Assembly (NCBI GenBank): GCA_965369865.1
Contig: CBDURU010000083.1
Span: 1-17,069 of the forward strand
Reading direction: 5' to 3'
Source: an uncultured bacterium
Lineage (GTDB): Bacteria > JAJVIF01 > JAPKYR01
Length of the DNA stretch: 17,069 nucleotides
Shown here: positions 15,706 to 17,069 of the stretch, one piece after another
Layout of the letters: every line of letters begins with the position of its first letter
Numbering within the stretch: position 1 is the stretch's first letter
Position numbers and translations under genes: made by a program
Notes under the pieces: generated by a model
Databases searched by the model: none
What the model was told of the DNA's origin: nothing
What the model saw: the letters and a program-made list of their open reading frames with translations, nothing else

Positions 15706-16578
15706 TTAATCCTCCAGCCAGCCGGGCCGGTTCCGGTACCTGTTGAATATTTTTCTATCCACCCACGAATCGAGAACTTTCCCAACATCAAACGAATGCC
15801 AGCCCTTGAAATAAAATCTCGGCACAAGCGGAAGCCTTGGAAATACGGGTAAACCTATAGACTCAGCAAAATCGCCGGCTTTTTTAAGTTCCACCGACAC
15901 GAATTCCTCAATTGAGGATTTCTCACGGTCAATACTGACAAGGCCCAGGTCGCCCGCGATATCCCTTATTTCCTGGTGTTTGATCCACAATTCCGGCGAA
16001 GCTGCCGCCTTGCATCGCGGGCAGACATCGAGAAGCATTTTCAAATGTTCCCCCGCCGCGGCGGGTATATCCGGTCCGGAATTATTCTGAGGCATTCCCA
16101 TTAATTTAACAATTTGAACGTGCCCGTATTTATCGGCCAATTCCCCAATTTTCCTGACAATCGAACGGTATTCTTTCGGATCGGGGAGTTCATCGTTGAA
16201 AGAAAGCTGTACATCAAGGGGAAGACGGTGACGTCCGGCGTTGTCGATTAATTCATACAAGCCCTTAAGATCGAATGCTGCCTGCCCATTTTTCCATTGA
16301 AGATTAATAGTTCCGAGCACTGAGGTCTCGAACAGGTTTCGGAGATCGAGGACATCATCGCCGATCTCAAGTTCGATTACCGGCAGGATTCCCCTTTCGG
16401 TGAAAGCCTCGGACAATTTTATCGCCATACCGAGGCTGATACCGGGAGAACGTCGGACAAGACACGCAGGCAGTTCTTTGTTCCGGAGGTTTCTGCCAAA
16501 TTCATGGGCAGCATCAACCATGCTGATGTCGCCATCCTGGAATTCGATAACCGGTGCATATGATAGTTGTGCGGACAT
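15706..16578 (-). CDS. Hypothetical protein (290 aa) resembling a degenerate CofG (FO synthase subunit) without the radical-SAM cysteine motif
   Basis: Start reassigned to ATG 16578 (GGGAG SD 6 nt upstream, TATAAT at 16608-16603). CofG-like segments: LSYAPV, AGRHRLPL, IGELADKYGHVQIV, AGDLGLV, GLPVFPRLPLVPRF. No CX3CX2C. The CDS is firm; the family call is tentative. Confidence 0.65.
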   Translation of the reverse strand: MSAQLSYAPVIEFQDGDISMVDAAHEFGRNLRNKELPACLVRRSPGISLGMAIKLSEAFTERGILPVIELEIGDDVLDLRNLFETSVLGTINLQWKNGQAAFDLKGLYELIDNAGRHRLPLDVQLSFNDELPDPKEYRSIVRKIGELADKYGHVQIVKLMGMPQNNSGPDIPAAAGEHLKMLLDVCPRCKAAASPELWIKHQEIRDIAGDLGLVSIDREKSSIEEFVSVELKKAGDFAESIGLPVFPRLPLVPRFYFKGWHSFDVGKVLDSWVDRKIFNRYRNRPGWLED

Positions 16579-16685
16579 AGATAGCTCCCTGGCCTTTCCT
16601 TTATTATAGATCATACAAACTGTCATTAGTTGCAGGGAATTAAAATTTATCTGGACTGTGCCCGGGTCGTTTGTGGAGGAAATAT

Positions 16686-16727
16686 CCGGCACAAGCTACG
16701 CTTTCGCTCCGCTTGTACCGGCCACCC
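16686..16727 (-). repeat. GGGTGG-footed hairpin element, copy 4 (variant stem)
   Basis: Minus strand GGGTGG-CCGGTACAAGC-ggagcgaaagcgta-GCTTGTGCCGG. Confidence 0.75.
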
Positions 16728-16798
16728 GGATGTGGGATGTGGATCAGTTGAGGAGAGTCGCCTATGAGGTGAATCCCCTCCAAAATCCAGGATGGATT

Positions 16799-17069
16799 AT
16801 GGAGGGGCCACCGGATTTATTTAAGTTAAAGGGGACATCTCATTCGTCCCCGAATGCAGGTGTCCCCTTGTTATCACAATTAATAAAATAATGGAGGGGC
16901 CACCGGATTTATTTAAGTTAACGGGGACATCTCATTCGTCCCCGAATGCAGGTGTCCCCTTGTTATCACAATTAATAAAATAATGGAGGGGCCACCGGAT
17001 TTATTTAAGTTAACGGGGACATCTCATTCGTCCCCGAATGCAGGTGTCCCCTTGTTATTACAATTAATA
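16799..17069. repeat. Tandem array of a 92-bp hairpin-containing unit, at least 3 copies, running off the window end
   Basis: Units start at 16799, 16891 and 16983 (last one truncated at 87 nt). Only two variable positions are seen. Each unit holds A(A/C)GGGGACAT-CT-CATTCG-TCCC-CGAATG-CAG-GTGTCCCCTT. Confidence 0.97.

Noticed and set aside
2013..16609. Remaining short track ORFs overlapping annotated genes
   Set aside because: Antisense or alternate-frame shadows of well-supported CDSs with no independent evidence.
16579..16692. 38-aa N-terminal extension of the CofG-like ORF from TTG 16692
   Set aside because: That TTG lies inside a hairpin repeat, while ATG 16578 has an SD and an upstream TATAAT.
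16799..17069. CRISPR array
   Set aside because: Whole units are near-identical with no unique spacers, and no cas genes are in the window.

Overview
Bacterial chromosomal segment of about 50% GC, mostly housekeeping and envelope genes. In order: an edge-truncated lipoprotein missing from the ORF track (<2..931, -); a tandem-domain O-methyltransferase and an acidic lipoprotein (-); a conserved hypothetical protein (+); a 7-repeat beta-propeller lipoprotein (-); a GAF/HD-GYP protein; a translationally coupled PPC(DUF296)-fetA-fetB-like operon; a HEAT-repeat protein (+); and a minus-strand run of CofG-like protein, PHP hydrolase, fmt, kinase-less PASTA protein and rpe. I found no tRNA, rRNA, CRISPR array, transposase or reverse transcriptase. 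The most unusual signals are (i) intergenic DNA rich in hairpin elements: a GGGTG(G/C)-footed family with compensatory base changes, a 296-nt segment closed by an 18-bp G-U-compatible helix, a 131-bp tandem unit carrying a perfect extended -10, and a 92-bp tandem array at the window end; and (ii) two apparent pseudo-enzymes: a CofG-like protein lacking CX3CX2C and an O-methyltransferase fused to a degenerate copy of itself. Family calls come from motif recognition only; no searches were run.
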